This document shows, one piece after another, positions 1 through 13,450 of a DNA stretch of 64,000 nucleotides. The stretch comes from Lama glama (Eukaryota): NCBI GenBank assembly GCA_028534125.1, contig CM052816.1, positions 91,390,001 to 91,454,000 of the forward strand, read 5' to 3'. Positions within the stretch are counted from its first letter, which is position 1. Each line of letters begins with the position of its first letter. Below the pieces are notes generated by a model, which saw only the letters and a list, made by a program, of their open reading frames with translations, made no database searches and was not told where the DNA came from. The position numbers and the translations under genes were made by a program.

Positions 1-1759
1 AGTGGACTAACAGAGCAGAGGGAGGCAGGGGTGTTGGAAGCAGTGATGGTGAACTTCCCCGGTCCACCGGATGGCACAACACACTGCTTCCACTGAAACG
101 CTGACCTCCAGAACTTGTAGGCAGTGGAATCCTCAGGGTAAATTTTTTATGATGTATTTTTTATCTGGTTGCCTTGTGAGCCATTTACTTGGCTTAAGAC
201 AGTGTTGGACTCAGAAGAGGGATTTTTGAAATCTGTCCCCGTGGTCCTGGAGTAGAATTACTCTTCATGCTGTTATTTTAACAAGGAAAGTGAGCATGAG
301 TGGAGGAGATAATGTCGGTACCAGGTCGCTCAGAAAACCGGGTTGTGATTGTTAAGTTCTTGGATGCTTTTGCCTCTTAAAAATCTCACCTCCGAAATGG
401 CTTGCCCTTGTAAAACATGGTGCAATTTAATAGTTTCCCCTCCATGTTAACAACTTATTGATAACTATTTTGGTTTTGGAAACAGTGATGCCAGCCCTTC
501 GAGTGAGGTTTTTTAGTCATTTTGGCCTGAGTTGATGCTCTGTGACTAAGATAGAATCTGCTGTTTTTCCTTGTAAAAATGATCACAAGGCTGGCTTCTA
601 AATTTTTGGCAGTGAGTCATGTGGAAACTATGGGGAGGCTCTGACTTACCTTTTGAAATCTTTGTATCACAGTGATTTGCCAGGAAAAAGGGGAAAGAAA
701 TCTCTTTAAAATCAAGTGTCATCCTGGTTGCTGAGGGCCACTTGGGTGGGGCTCCTGCTGTGAGGCAGTGAGCGTGTGAGGTGCTCGGACACTGCAAGGG
801 ACTTTTGGAGGTGACGCCACTCTTCCTGCTCAAGGTCAGAATATGTTGCTCTCATGTGCTTCTTGACTCTTGAGCATCAATTCACATTTTCAAGGTGAAT
901 GGAAAGTAGATTTTATTGGTTTTAAAAAAAGTCAGTTTTCTTCAGGATATTAAAGTGATTCTGCCGTGTAGACGAGGGTGTCCCAAGCCACTGTTTAGCT
1001 TCTAGTGGGTGTATTTCTCTCCCATTTTGTTAATGACTTTCCAAGGACACCCTTCTTTTATTCTGCCAGCAGGAAATGACTGAGGTAGTCACGGTTCTGT
1101 TTCCAGATGGCCTGCACGTCCTGTGGACGCTGAGGGCTCTTTAGGAAGGACCACATTTTTGTTTCCATTTTATTCAGTGCCTGAGGTTTTGGAGAGGGTT
1201 CATTACCATTAGAGGATTTGCTCTACTAAGTTCTTCCTGCTTTTAGATTTAGGACCAGAACATGAGCTAGATGAGGACAGTTTATCTGGAACAGCACCTG
1301 GACCCCGCAGGCACTCAGTAGATAGTCACATGCTACATGAATGTGTTTGCCACCTGACAGGTCACCCATCAGCCGCGAGATAAAGCAGAGCGCTTTATAC
1401 AGAGTTCCCAAGTGTCCTGTCTAGAGGGTTAAAAGAACTCTGGAGGTGGACTTTAGATATTTCCTTCTGTTGGTTTGGCGACTAGATAATTCGTGCCACT
1501 TTTCAGAATAAATCAAGAGTCCTGCAGTATGGGCTCTGCCTCTCGGCCCCCTTCATTCCCACAGCCGTCATCTTACTTGACCACTACGTTAGGAACAGAA
1601 AAAAGAGTGATTCTGAATAGGTACACATCCGCTTACAACAGTGCCGGGCACATTGAAACACTGTGTAAATTTAGTCATTATTATGATGTTAATGATGTTG
1701 CCATGTTTTTCTACTTTATAAAGAGTTCTAAAAAATCGAAAATGGATGTTTTAAATTTT

Positions 1760-4380
1760 ATTAAATTTTGTCCAATTCCTTCTCAGCATTAATGGAGAAC
1801 ATAAAATTTCTCTTTTTATTTACTAATATGAAGAATTGTGTTGTCTTATTTTCTAATGTTGAACAGTCCTTGTACACCTGTTGTGAACCCCACTGAGCTG
1901 CACAATTTGGCTTCCACATATTTACTTTGAGATTTTTGCCCTGAGGACATAAGTGAAATTTGTCTATAGCTTCTTTTTGTGTGGGTATCTTTGTCAGATG
2001 TGGCGTTGGGCTGGTTTTGCAGAACGAATCGGAAGCTTCCCTTCCACTGCTATGCGCATGGTGAATAGCACTGAAGTTACCTGTGCCTTTAAGCATTTGT
2101 AGAATTCACAAGTGTGAAAGTGATTAAGCCTGGTGCATTCTGGGGGAGTTATTCTTTAAAAATGTACTGAAGTTTAATTTATGGTAACTGATAATATACA
2201 AAATCATCCATTCCTTTCGTTTTTACATTTATTGTAAATATTTTTGATCCAAGTGGTTTTTATGAGTCACATGTTACATGAACAATTTGTGGTTATTTCC
2301 ATATTACTTCTATCTTTTTCTTTTCTATTTTGGTTAGTCAAAGATTTATCTCATTTATTGGCCTTAGATTTCTAAACTTGAAAAGAAGAATATTTGTTTT
2401 TTATTGAAATAGGTAATTTAGACTATAAATTTTCCTCTGAGCACATCACAGTTAGATTCCCAGAGATTCCAATAGAGACTTCCATTTTCACTATTTTCTG
2501 CATATTCTGTATTCTTGATTTTGATTTCATTTTTGACACAAAGCTTATTTTGGAGAATTAAAAAATTTTTTAGATGGTAAGATCCCCTTGAATCTCTAGT
2601 TTTATTATAGGTTTTTAATTTTATAGTAATTTGAACAGAAATTATCTTTTATTTTGTTTCAATTTTTGTAATTGATAGAGGCTTTATTTTTGACTTAAAC
2701 GGTGGTCAAAATATTCCGTGGAGATTTGTAAAGAAGGCACATTCTCTGTTTTAAGATACGGAATTCCTTTCACATATCAATTAGAACAGCTTGGTGATTT
2801 TATTTTTATTTCTGGTTGGTGTGGTCATTCTTCAGAAGAAGTAAATTCCAGTACTTCTGTAAATTTTATGCTTTTGTATTTCTTACAGGTTTTGCTATAT
2901 AAAGGATGCTGCCATGTTTACAACTGCTCATGTGGATTGTACTGTCTACAGTTCCAAAGTAGCTTTCTCTTATTGGTTGCTATTTGCTTGGAATTCAATG
3001 TGCCTGATATTAAGCTCAAGATTCCTGACTTTTTGTTGGTACTTGCCTGTCCATGCCTTTGCCCAAACTTTTATTTTCAATTTTATTAAGTCACTTTATT
3101 TTTGCTGTTTCTGACACATAGAGTGTACATACAATTTGTTTTTTTCCTTCGGGAAACAAAGTGGGGGTTTTTTGTTTGTTTGTTTTGGGGTTTTTTTTGT
3201 TTTGTTTTGATTTTTGAATGAATATAATGCAAATATATTTCTTACTGTAATAAGTGTGTTTAGTCTTAATTTGGTAATAGTTTTATGTTATTCTTTGTTT
3301 TATCACTTAATTTTTTATTATATGGTCTCAGTTTAGGATTATTTGTTCTAGTTCTGTGAAAAATGTCCTGGGTAATTCGATAGGGATCGCATTAAACCTG
3401 TAGATTGCCTTGGGCAGTGTGACCATTTTAACAATATTGATTCTTCCAATCCAGTAGCATGGGATATCTTTCCATTTCTTTAAGTCATCCTTAATTTCCT
3501 TAATCAGTGTTTTGTAGTTCTCCATGTATAAGTCTTTCACCTCCTTGGTCAGATTTATTCCCAAGTATTTTTTTGCTTTGGATGTGATTTTAAAAAGGAT
3601 TGTTTCTTTACTTTCTTTTCCTGCTAATTTATTGTTACATGGTCTCAGTTTAATTGTACTTTTTTTTTTCTGTTATTTGGAAAATTCTTGCCTGTTATGT
3701 CATAACTGCTTTAGTGATAACCTTTGTAACTCTGGCTTCATTGTTATACTTAGTAATTATTGTCTTTTAAGCAGTACCCATGAGTCAGCCAGCACATCCC
3801 TCCACCTCTTAGCTCCTCTTCTGTCCGCTCTGTTCGTTTTGTTAGTTACCTCGTTTCTACATTCTCTACACCGTTTCCCTTCTATTCTGTAGCCCCAGTT
3901 CTCATGGGGGCTTTAATTCTTATTCCTTGTTTAAATGCAGTCAGTGGTCACTACTAGGCATTTTGCTGAAGTGTTTTAATTGTCTCTTGGCTTTCTTTGC
4001 CTAGGGACTTTGGAGGCCTTCTGCCATGTCTTAATATGAAATGTTTCCGGGGAGAAGCCAAGGTTAGCTCATGTCTTTTCCTTCAACATAAATTTATCCC
4101 TTTATCCTATCTGGATGCCCAAAGGATTTTTCTTTATCATTGAAATCCACTAACTTCATGTCTATTGTTACATATGATTTTTTTTTCTGATAGCCAGTGT
4201 GTACTTTTAATCTGTTTCTTTTATTTCTAAACATTTTCTTGTATTATTTATCTGTATGTATGTATGTATGTCTGTATTTATCTATATATGTGAGCTATTT
4301 GCTTTTCCTTATTCTGGGACACCATTTATGCAAACATAGCATTTGTCTAACTGCTGTCATATTCTCCCTGAATTTTTAAA
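1760..4380 (-). mobile_element. Highly decayed ancient L1 (L1M/ME-type) region
   Basis: T-rich L1-antisense phrases (tttgtagaattcacaagtgtgaa...gcctggtg, gactataaattttcctctgagcac) and no open frames. Hosts the younger L1 fragment at 3336-3638. Confidence 0.55.
3336..3638 (-). mobile_element. Tailless internal L1 ORF2 fragment with a perfect 14-bp TSD
   Basis: Open [79 protein letters not shown]. Flanked by atggtctcagttta at 3322-3335 and 3639-3652. Confidence 0.9.
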
Positions 4381-4389
4381 GATCATATT

Positions 4390-4475
4390 TCATTTATCAT
4401 CCTCCTTAATGTACAGCTGAGAAACTGAGGCATAGTAAGAGATGGGGCCGGCTAGAATTCAATTCCAGGTCTACC
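4390..4475 (-). mobile_element. MIR SINE fragment
   Basis: Core tacagctgagaaactgaggcatag...aattcaattccaggtct. Confidence 0.6.
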
Positions 4476-4611
4476 TTCTCTCTGTCCTTTTAGAGAGGCA
4501 CTTATTTTCCTGCTGAAGATCTTTCAAAGTTTGTTCCACCTCTTTCCTTTCTTTTCTCTCCCCTCCCCCTCCCCACCACACCTCTCTCTCTCCTTTCCTC
4601 CCCTCCTTTAT

Positions 4612-4613
<2 letters not shown>

Positions 4614-4669
<56 letters not shown>
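4614..4669. repeat. 56-nt poly(T) homopolymer with an adjacent C/T-rich tract (4525-4613)
   Basis: Directly visible. Confidence 0.95.
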
Positions 4670-4671
<2 letters not shown>

Positions 4672-5451
4672 TTTTCTTTGATATCTTTTCCCACATCTTT
4701 GCACTGAGGAAACTGTAGCTGTAACTATATGTGTAGTTGGAGGCAAGGGGTGGGAGGGAGGGGAGATGACTATCACATGACTCACTCATACTTTTTTGGG
4801 GCACTTTCTCAGGAGACATGGAGACCATTTGATCACTGGTCTCCATGTCTCCACACAGCTGTGTGATAATTACTTTTCATCTATCCTAAGACTTTTAAAC
4901 TTTTCAATAGCATTCCCTTTGGGCTACAAGATCTCATTTCTAAAGAGTTAATATTATTTATAATGTTTTCCTTTGAACCTTTCTTTTAAAATTGTGGATC
5001 CAAAAACTGTAGATGATGTTCATAAAAGACTATACATGGCCAGTAAGGTAGGGAGGGAATAACCTCATTCCTCATTCTCATTGGTCAATGTAGGTCTCAG
5101 TAATGTACTTGATTTTACGCACAGCTTTCTAATTCACGTTCATTCAGTTTCTGGTCCACTAACTGCTAGATCTGTTTCATACACACCTGCACTTGCTCTC
5201 TGTGTTGCATTGTGTCATTAGTGTATCCTCTGAAGTGTCCCAGCAGACATCCCTTTTGGATCTCTTTCTGTTTATTTCTGATCACATCAGCATTTAACAA
5301 CGTCATTCTGAATTTATAGTCTCCTGATTTGGTAAAAGAGCCAAAGCCACTAAGTTTATATACTGTGCCAATGTATAGTGACCCATGGAAAGATTATAAA
5401 ATGTACTGTGCCAGGAATTGACTTCAAAAATTCATCCGAAGCTATAACTAA

Positions 5452-5805
5452 TTTTTTTTTTCCTTCTGGTACTACTGACATATAACTGACATACAGCACA
5501 GCATGAGTTTAAGGTGTTCAGTGCAATGATTTGACTTACATGCATTATGAACTGATCACCGCAGTAGGTTTGGTGGGCATCCATCATCTCATAGAGATAC
5601 AAAATTTTAAAAATGGAGAAAAAAATTCTCTTGTGATGACAACTAAGGATTTACTCTCTTAACAACTTGCATATATAACGTGCAGCAGCGTTATTATATT
5701 TATCATGTTGTACATTACACCTCTAGTACTTATTTATTTCATGATGGAAAGTTTGTACCTTTTGACTGTCTTCATCCAGCTCTCCCTCCCCCTACTCCCC
5801 TCCTC
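5452..5805 (-). mobile_element. L1 3' end (L1MA9/10-like)
   Basis: T-run then ...gagtttaaggtgttcagtgcaatgatttgacttacatg...catccatcatctcatagagatac...gatttactctcttaacaac. Confidence 0.75.
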
Positions 5806-6802
5806 TTTATCCATTCATTTATTGATGGGTACTATATAACTAATAGGTTGCTATATAACTAATTGTTGAAAAAAATGAACTTATTGGTTGTATTTATAAA
5901 ATTAATGTATGCTGGTGTAGGGAATTTGAAAACTTTGTCTGTGTGTGTAATGTCACCCATAATAATAATCCTGTGGGTACAAAGATTACTTAGCATGATT
6001 TTGTGTTTCTTTCTAGTCTTAAATATACACACATATGTAATTTTATTAAATTTTAGTCATGCTTTAAATACCTAAAACTTAGTATTGCATTTTCCTCTTT
6101 ATATTGTTATATTATCTCATTTTGGTAACTATTCTTTACATGTGGTTTTTGTAATGGCTACATAATTTTTAATTATAAGGCTGTATCAGAATTTAGTTAG
6201 TCATTTCTTTACTGTTGAAATTCTTGTGTTACCGAATTTTGTTCATATTTATAAATATTTTGTTAAAATAATGTCTGAGATGTAGAATTAATAAGTGAAA
6301 GAGCATGAGGATTTTTTGGTGCCGATTTTTCTGTTTATTAAATGTTTTAAAATGAAAAACTACATGTACAGAAATATAAGCATGAGCATTTTTCAGGCTC
6401 AAAATATAATATGAGATTGGTTATAGGAATGGCTGTGCCATTTTACATTCTCGTCAGGAGTATGTTTGAGGGGTTCCCTCCCATGCCAACTTCAGCAGAT
6501 AGCCTTATGAGTTTTAAATTTTGTTGTCAATTTAATATAGGAAAAATGGCATTTCTTTGTTTTTCTTTTTGTTTCTTTCATCTATGGAGTTGCATAGAGT
6601 GATACTTATTAGTCATTTGTATTTTTTCTGTCAATTGTCTAAAATAAGTTCTTTACCTGGTTGTCTGTTGGAGTATAGTTTTATTTCTTTTAGAGGCATT
6701 TCAAATATTTCAACATTATTCATATTTTTACAAATATGTATTTGTGCATACACATCTCTGTGTGTGTCTGTGTGCATGTGACAGTTTTTTGCTCCTATTT
6801 AG

Positions 6803-7280
6803 GTAAACTAGTTAGCTAGTGCTGTGTAACAAAAAACTCTAGAGCTCAGTGGCTTACAACAATAATCCTTTGTTATTGTTTATTAGTCTTTGGCAGTCTG
6901 TGTGGTCTTCTGGTCTTGGCTGGATTCTCTCATGCTTATACAGTCAGAAATGGTTCTGCTGATCTTAGCCAAGACTTCTTACATTTTGGGCATTGGCAGG
7001 CTGGCTGAGCTCTGATGGGCTGGGCTAGGGCAACTGGGTTCGCCTTCAGTAGGCTAGATTGCCTGTTCAAATGGTAGGGTTCCAAAAAACCTTGGAACTG
7101 GTGCACAGCTATTTCTGACACATTTGTTGGCAAAAGCAAGTGACAGAACCAGATCAAATTCAAGGAATGAAGAAACAGGCTCCACCTCTTAATTGGAGGA
7201 ACTGCAAAATGCAAATGCATTGCAAAAGGCATGGATAACGGGAGGAGTAGATAATGGTGGGCATCCTTTCTATTTTCCAC
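6803..7280 (-). mobile_element. MaLR LTR (MLT1 family) inserted in decayed L1 sequence
   Basis: gctgtgtaacaaaaaactctagagctcagtggcttacaacaa...ttggcaaaagcaagtgacagaaccagatcaaattcaagg...ctccacctcttaattggaggaactgcaaa. Confidence 0.75.
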
Positions 7281-7910
7281 AGAATAGGTCTGTAGTTTGG
7301 TTTTTGTTTGTGTGTTAGTTTTTTCACTGGATCACTTGAGGGTATTTCCTCATCCCTTTGTTTCAAAGATTTTTCTAGTGTGTATCTAAGAGACATCTTA
7401 TAATTTTACTCTGCTTTATTAAGTGCAGGAAGGTCTTCTTCCATATGTCTTTGATTATTTGTATGTCTTCCTATGTCTGTGTTAATGTCAGTTGCCTACT
7501 CCAATGTGAATTTTGATTTGCTTGTTACGTTTTATTATTTTCTTGCAATTATTTGTCTTTATGTCTATGCCAGGCAGTTGTGTTTCTGTCTGTTCCTATT
7601 GATTTTTCATCTAAGGATTTTTTTTCCTTGTTATTTTCTGCTTCTAGTTTTTATCAGGCATTGCTTCTTTTATACTTCTGTGGCTTCCAAGAAGTCTTCT
7701 AAAATTTTCTTTGGATTCCTTTAATAAAATATCAACTCTTTTATTTTTGGTCTCCAGGCTAACACTCTACACTATCTTGTTCTCTGACACTTTAAATATA
7801 AATCATCCATATCCAAATACAACCCCTTATTTGCCTCTTACTGAAACTTCTTCCATACCTTAGTACCTTGCTTGTAAAGAGCTCTCCTTACACAACTAAA
7901 TTTCCATGCA

Positions 7911-8114
7911 CTGCTGACCCTTGAACAACACAGATTTGAACAGCATGCATCCACTTATACATGAATTTTTTCAATAAATATTACAGTACTACACATCTGA
8001 GTTTGGTTGAATGAACAGATGCAGAACCTCAGATTCAGAGGGCAGACTGTGGGACTTGACCATCCGCAGGTTTTGGTCCTGGAACCAATCTCCTGCGGAT
8101 ATCAGAGACAACTG
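7911..8114. mobile_element. Tigger-derived MITE (MER8/MER2-like DNA transposon)
   Basis: Termini ctgctgacccttgaacaacac... and ...tggaaccaatctcctgcggatatcagagacaactg, followed by TA. Confidence 0.75.
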
Positions 8115-8904
8115 TACAAACTTTCTATCATTAATATGTCATTGGTTCTGGCAATCCAGACACTATAGGGGAGTTATGAGGGCCATGTTAAGGAAGAAGA
8201 AGCCAAAGATAGATGCACGGTGGAAGCTTCTAGACCAGCAAGGAATGGAGCCCAGATGTAGGTACTAAGTTGGACTGGCAGGACAAACATGACTGGTCTG
8301 AGGCGGATAAGATTGGACCAAAAGGAACATATTCAGACCAGTGCTCATTATTCTTTGTACCGTCTCCTTCCTTCTCAGCTATAGAATTATTTCTCTCCTT
8401 ATCTTTGCCCTTAGGCCATTTAAACACCATGAGAATAAGTCATGTTATACTTGGTTCTGAACATAGCAGATGATCTGCCTTATAGGTAAGAGGAAGCACT
8501 GCCGTGCCACATTCTCCTGCATCACCTGGGCAGCCTCCTCAGCCACAGTTGGAGATGCTTTGAGCTCCTGCACTGGGGTCTTGGATCAGGGATGAAAGGA
8601 ATCCTCTGTAGCCAGCTCTGAACTACACTTTCAGGCGGCAGTCAGTGGCTTTGTCTCTGCTTTTCTTTTCTGTTCTTTCCACTGGGGTGAACTTTATTTC
8701 AGAGCATCTGTGACTTGATCATTCTGTCTCCCTTTCAAATGCTGCCACATCACCACTGTTCAATATTTCACATCAGAAGTTGGCAGAAGATAGAACCGAG
8801 TAGATATTTAGAGAAAAAACAGATAAGACATGTATTCCGGTTCCTAAACACAAAGTAAAATGATCTTCCTATTTAAGCTATCCTTTGTGAAATGGCAGTG
8901 TTCC

Positions 8905-9030
8905 TAGAATAGTTGAGCTGGGAAGGATCCAAGAGATCACCAAGTTCAGTGGGAAGAAACTGAGCCCCACTGGGGTTGGGGTGATTCATTCATGATTCCA
9001 GGATGGGAATTCATATCTAGGTTCTATCAA
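8905..9030 (-). mobile_element. MIR/MIR3 fragment
   Basis: gagctgggaaggatccaagagatcacc...gaagaaactgagcccc. Confidence 0.5.
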
Positions 9031-12000
9031 TCCACTGCCTTTTTATTCCTTATTTTCCCCCTAGTTCTTCACACTGCTTTGCTGATAATATAGTTTATTT
9101 TAAATTGTATTTTTTCTTTTCTTTCTATTATTAAGGTCCAAATCTTTTTCACCTTTGTCTTTGCATAGTTACAATTTTGTATATTTATTATATTTCAAAA
9201 TTGAAAATATTTCCAAAATCTATCTCTTGCCATCTAGAAAATCATAAGTAATACATTGTAATTTACTATTTTCTGCTTCCATTTCTCCATATAAGGAAAT
9301 TCTAATGGGATTATGTTACTGCTTATGAACCAACTACATTATTGCCTGCCATTTCTTTCATGATAATTGTTTGCTTTCTTCTGTACAAACTAATAAGGAG
9401 TTATTGCCATTAGGATTAGGAAAATTTTTTTTTGAGAATTATGTTTAACTGTTGTAGCACTTGCCTTAATATTTCATGTACATTTGTATTAGGTTAGCCC
9501 TGCCTTCTGTGTACTTCTTTAGGCTGTCCTTAAATGGGGTAGTTAGGTACTGCTGGCTTTAACTTGTGTATTTAAAGTCATGCATAGTAGATATTTATCA
9601 TTAGTTCATCTTTTCAAATGAAGGATCCCATCCAATCATATTTGCCTAGTAAATTAACACCAGGCATATGGATTACAATGAATTTGGCAGGTGGAGAAAG
9701 ATTTAGGAAGTGAACCAATTTCAGTGAGAGTGGAAAAAGTGGTGCCTACTATATAAACACATCTGGAGTTAGACTGTCAGCTTATGGCTGGATCTCCAGC
9801 AGTGATGCTGGGTTGATTTGCACGTGGTGATGACTCCTTCTACCTCAGTGTGTGTAACACAAGTTAGAAGTACATTTTGAGCATCTGACTTTGTTTAAAA
9901 TGCTTTCTTAGCTGTTTCCATCTATGCGATTGCTGTTGCCTTTGGCCTTTTTATATCTACCCTTTTCGTGTATGTCATCATCATCAGATTTTTTTCTTTA
10001 ACCAGAACCAAGGATATTTTATTTTCCAAAGAGTGATTTGTTCTCCCTTGAGTAGCACCTCACACTGACTTTGTTCTGTAATTATTCCACAGCTCTACAG
10101 AAGTTTGCAAAACAACAAAACTTTATTTATATTGCCCAAATAGCGTCAGCACAGTATTTTGTATCACAATATCCTAATTTGTGAGTGTATTTAGCATCAC
10201 AGGAGTATTCAAGTTCAAGGTCTGTACACAGTCTTTTTGAAGAGCTCATGATGTTTATTGATTAGAAACATGGACCAATGCTTAATAAGTGGTTAAGAAA
10301 AATATGAACACGCTTATATGAGTGTGCTTATCACCTAAAATTTATGGTGTTTCCATCAGCACAGCAGTTAATATGAATTATTATCAGAGAGATAGACCAA
10401 ATTTCCAAAACTGAACCTGGATATAGTTATTAAATTTATTAAAGTGAGATTTTACTTATATTTACATAATGCAGTTAGAGAAAATCTTAGGGGCAATAAA
10501 TGTTTTATCATTTCCTCCATAACTGATAAAATATTTTGTCTTTACTAATTTCCTAGGAAACATATCTTGAAATACTAAAAAAGGGGGGACATGGAAATTT
10601 TACCCTCTTTGTATTCCATAACACAAATTTGGCTGCACACTCTCTTTTCATTTTGACTTATTTTTCTTTTGGTCCTTGAAAGGCATTCCTCACTCTGGTA
10701 ACATATTCTCACTGCCGTGTAAAGATAAAAGTGAATTGGGACAGGTGGCATAAAATGGCCTCAAACAAAAGAATTGTGTAGCTTATTGGAAAAAAATGTC
10801 AGTTGGAAATTACTATTTCTCTATCGAAACAGCTGAAGACAAACTCAAGAAGGGTATTAGAAATGTCTTAGTTCCACAGCTACCGTTTATAAAGTCTTTT
10901 CTGGAATTGCTGAAACTCACTATAGAAATAAAGTATTGCTGAGCCAGCAAGTTGTTTGAAAAATGATTTACTTAAGGTATAATGAGAATGTAGAATGACC
11001 CTAAAGTAAATATGTTAAATATCTTTCTTTGGATGTCTTTATATTAAAGAAAGTAAAATTTAGCATAGCTATTTCATATAAAACACTTGCCTTAAAAAAT
11101 AAAGAAATTTGTTTTCCATTCATAAACTGTGACTTTAAAAATTGTTCTGGTACTTTGCTTTCTAGAAAAAATAAGGGGCATGACTCTATGCTAGAAAAAT
11201 GTTTCCTGAGCCATGCCAAGAAAATATAACCAAAAAACACTGGAATTGTGTGAAGATGATAGAAAACATTCCTAGCCATGCCACAACTCTAAATACCTAT
11301 AAATGGCTTTGGATGGTCTGTGGTAGGTTCTTTTATTTGTAAAGTGTCTTGCTTTTCAGAAATGAATGCAAGTGAGGTGCCAGGGTGAGCAGCAGCCAGC
11401 TCCCATCAATTGCCTATCAGTTACACCAACTGCATGAACTGTGGTGAACAGTTGATAAGCCCTAGGTTACCACAAAAGGGGCTGAATGTGATGTTAAGCT
11501 TAGAGAGATTCAGCTGTAAGCTTGTCTTTCCATCACCCCTTACTAATCAGGGGTTAATGGGACTTCTTTGCATAAATATAAATGTTGAAAGGGGAGTGGT
11601 CTTACATAGAAAATAAAAGAGACACTTTGGAAAATGAAAACTAGACACAGGAGGACAAAGTACGTGAATGTCTAAGGTTTAAATATTCAACTGGAATTGG
11701 TGTTTTTTGAGTTAAGTCGCATGAACAGATGGCCACGCTTGCTCGCATTTTTTTCTCCTAAATTCTGGACTGTTGAATCGGTTTTCTTATGGACTTTGAA
11801 AGATGCATTTAAAGTAGTGTTTTTACACACGCACACACACATGCGCACACACACACACTCTTTAGTACTTGACTAGTAGCCCGTAAAATTCCTCCCAAGG
11901 AGGCTATTTCCAAGGAGGTTCTTTCATTTGTTAGGTCATTTCTACACTCTGAGACTTTTCCCCACACCACCTTCTCTAAGAAAGGTTATTTCCCCAGGTC

Positions 12001-12689
12001 ACGTCCATCTAGAATTACGAAGGTAGTCACATCAAGAGCATTAAATTCTGTTTTTCTGGTTCTTGCCTCTCCTCCCTATAGAGGGACCCTGAACAACTTC
12101 AAACTTTTCCCCGAATATCCTTGGGTACTCCAGGGGTCATTTCAATGGGCTTGAATATCCCTTGGAAGTTAATAGTTGTTCAGCAATTTGCAAAGCTGCC
12201 CTGGAGTACCCAGCCGCAGTCCCTTGAGCCCACATTTGAGCTGCCTGGAGGCTGGCGAGGTCCCTGTGGGTCCCTCCAGCCCGGCAGGGGGAGGCTGCGA
12301 GCTCACTCACGAGAGCTCTGATGTGTCAGTGGGTTTCTGGGAGCCTGCAAATGGCCCAGCTGCCCTGTACCTTGGGTCAGAACAGGGGGAACACCTCACT
12401 TTCTCTGTTCAGTCGCACTCCCCCGATAATGCCGCCTTGTGTCTTGGTGTCTTTCAGTCATTTCAGTAAAGATAGTTTTAACCTTTTAAATTACACATTG
12501 CCTGCATCAGCCCTGGTAAGAAATAGACAGATCACTTGATAGATTTGTGGGTGGTGTGAGCAGGATCGAGGGAGCCCACAGGAGCTGGTAGGCAGGCAGG
12601 GTGTGAAGGGGCAGGTGGAAGGTTCCTGGACACTGTCTGCTCAGAGCTTGTAGCTGTGGAAGAGGATGAACTGAGGTTAGAAGAATGCC

Positions 12690-13282
12690 GTGTTCATGGT
12701 CAGGTAGGGAGGGAGCAGGAAGAGCAGATACCTCAGCTTCACTCGGCTCCCTCCCTCCGATCTCCTACAGGCTCCTCCCATTGCCCCATCCAACTGGAAG
12801 CCAGAGGGCAGGGGAGCTAATGTGATGGTTTCATAAAGAAGCGGCCAGAAAAAGACAGAATTGAGATGTGGAGGGCCAAACTGAGAGTATTTGGCGCATA
12901 GCGTTTCCTTCCCCCTCCCCTCTCCCACGCTGCATGAGACATGGGTCTAGACGCTGGGTCAGAGTAGGAGTCTGCAAAGTAGATGGCTCGCCACAATCAG
13001 AACAGTCTCTCTCCTCTGCGGAGCAATGACAGAAGTCTGGCTAGACGTGCAAATAAACTTCCGCTGTGTTGACCCAGACACTTCACCAGACCTGCTCAGA
13101 CCGGCCTTGTATCAGTCGAAGGAGGTTAAGCTGTGGGGGTCAACCTCCAACATCTCAGTGACGTCACTCACTGAACCCAAAGAGAAGCTCCCTCATGTTC
13201 CAGTCCAGTATGGATCAAATGCCTTCTGTCTTGGAGGTAAACCATTTGCAACATGGGGCCTCCAGGAGCCAGAGAAAAAGGA

Positions 13283-13313
<31 letters not shown>

Positions 13314-13450
13314 CAGAGACAGAGACAGGATCACATCAGATGATTTTACAGCCAGCCCTGGTGGGGCAGACATCTGGTCACTCACTTCTTGTTGACCACT
13401 TAGTTACATGGCTCCACACTGCTTCGAAAGAAAGGCAGGATATTGAAGAG
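12690..13450. mobile_element. Decayed old MaLR (MLT1) LTR fragments with an embedded (AGAGAC)n microsatellite
   Basis: ctcccattgccccatccaactggaagccagagggcaggggagct and cacttagttacatggctccacactgct resemble old MLT1 LTRs. Confidence 0.45.
13283..13328. repeat. (AG)n/(AGAGAC)n microsatellite
   Basis: Directly visible. Confidence 0.9.

Noticed and set aside
4471..4846. Poly-lysine ORFs on the - strand
   Set aside because: Artefact of translating the poly(T) run.
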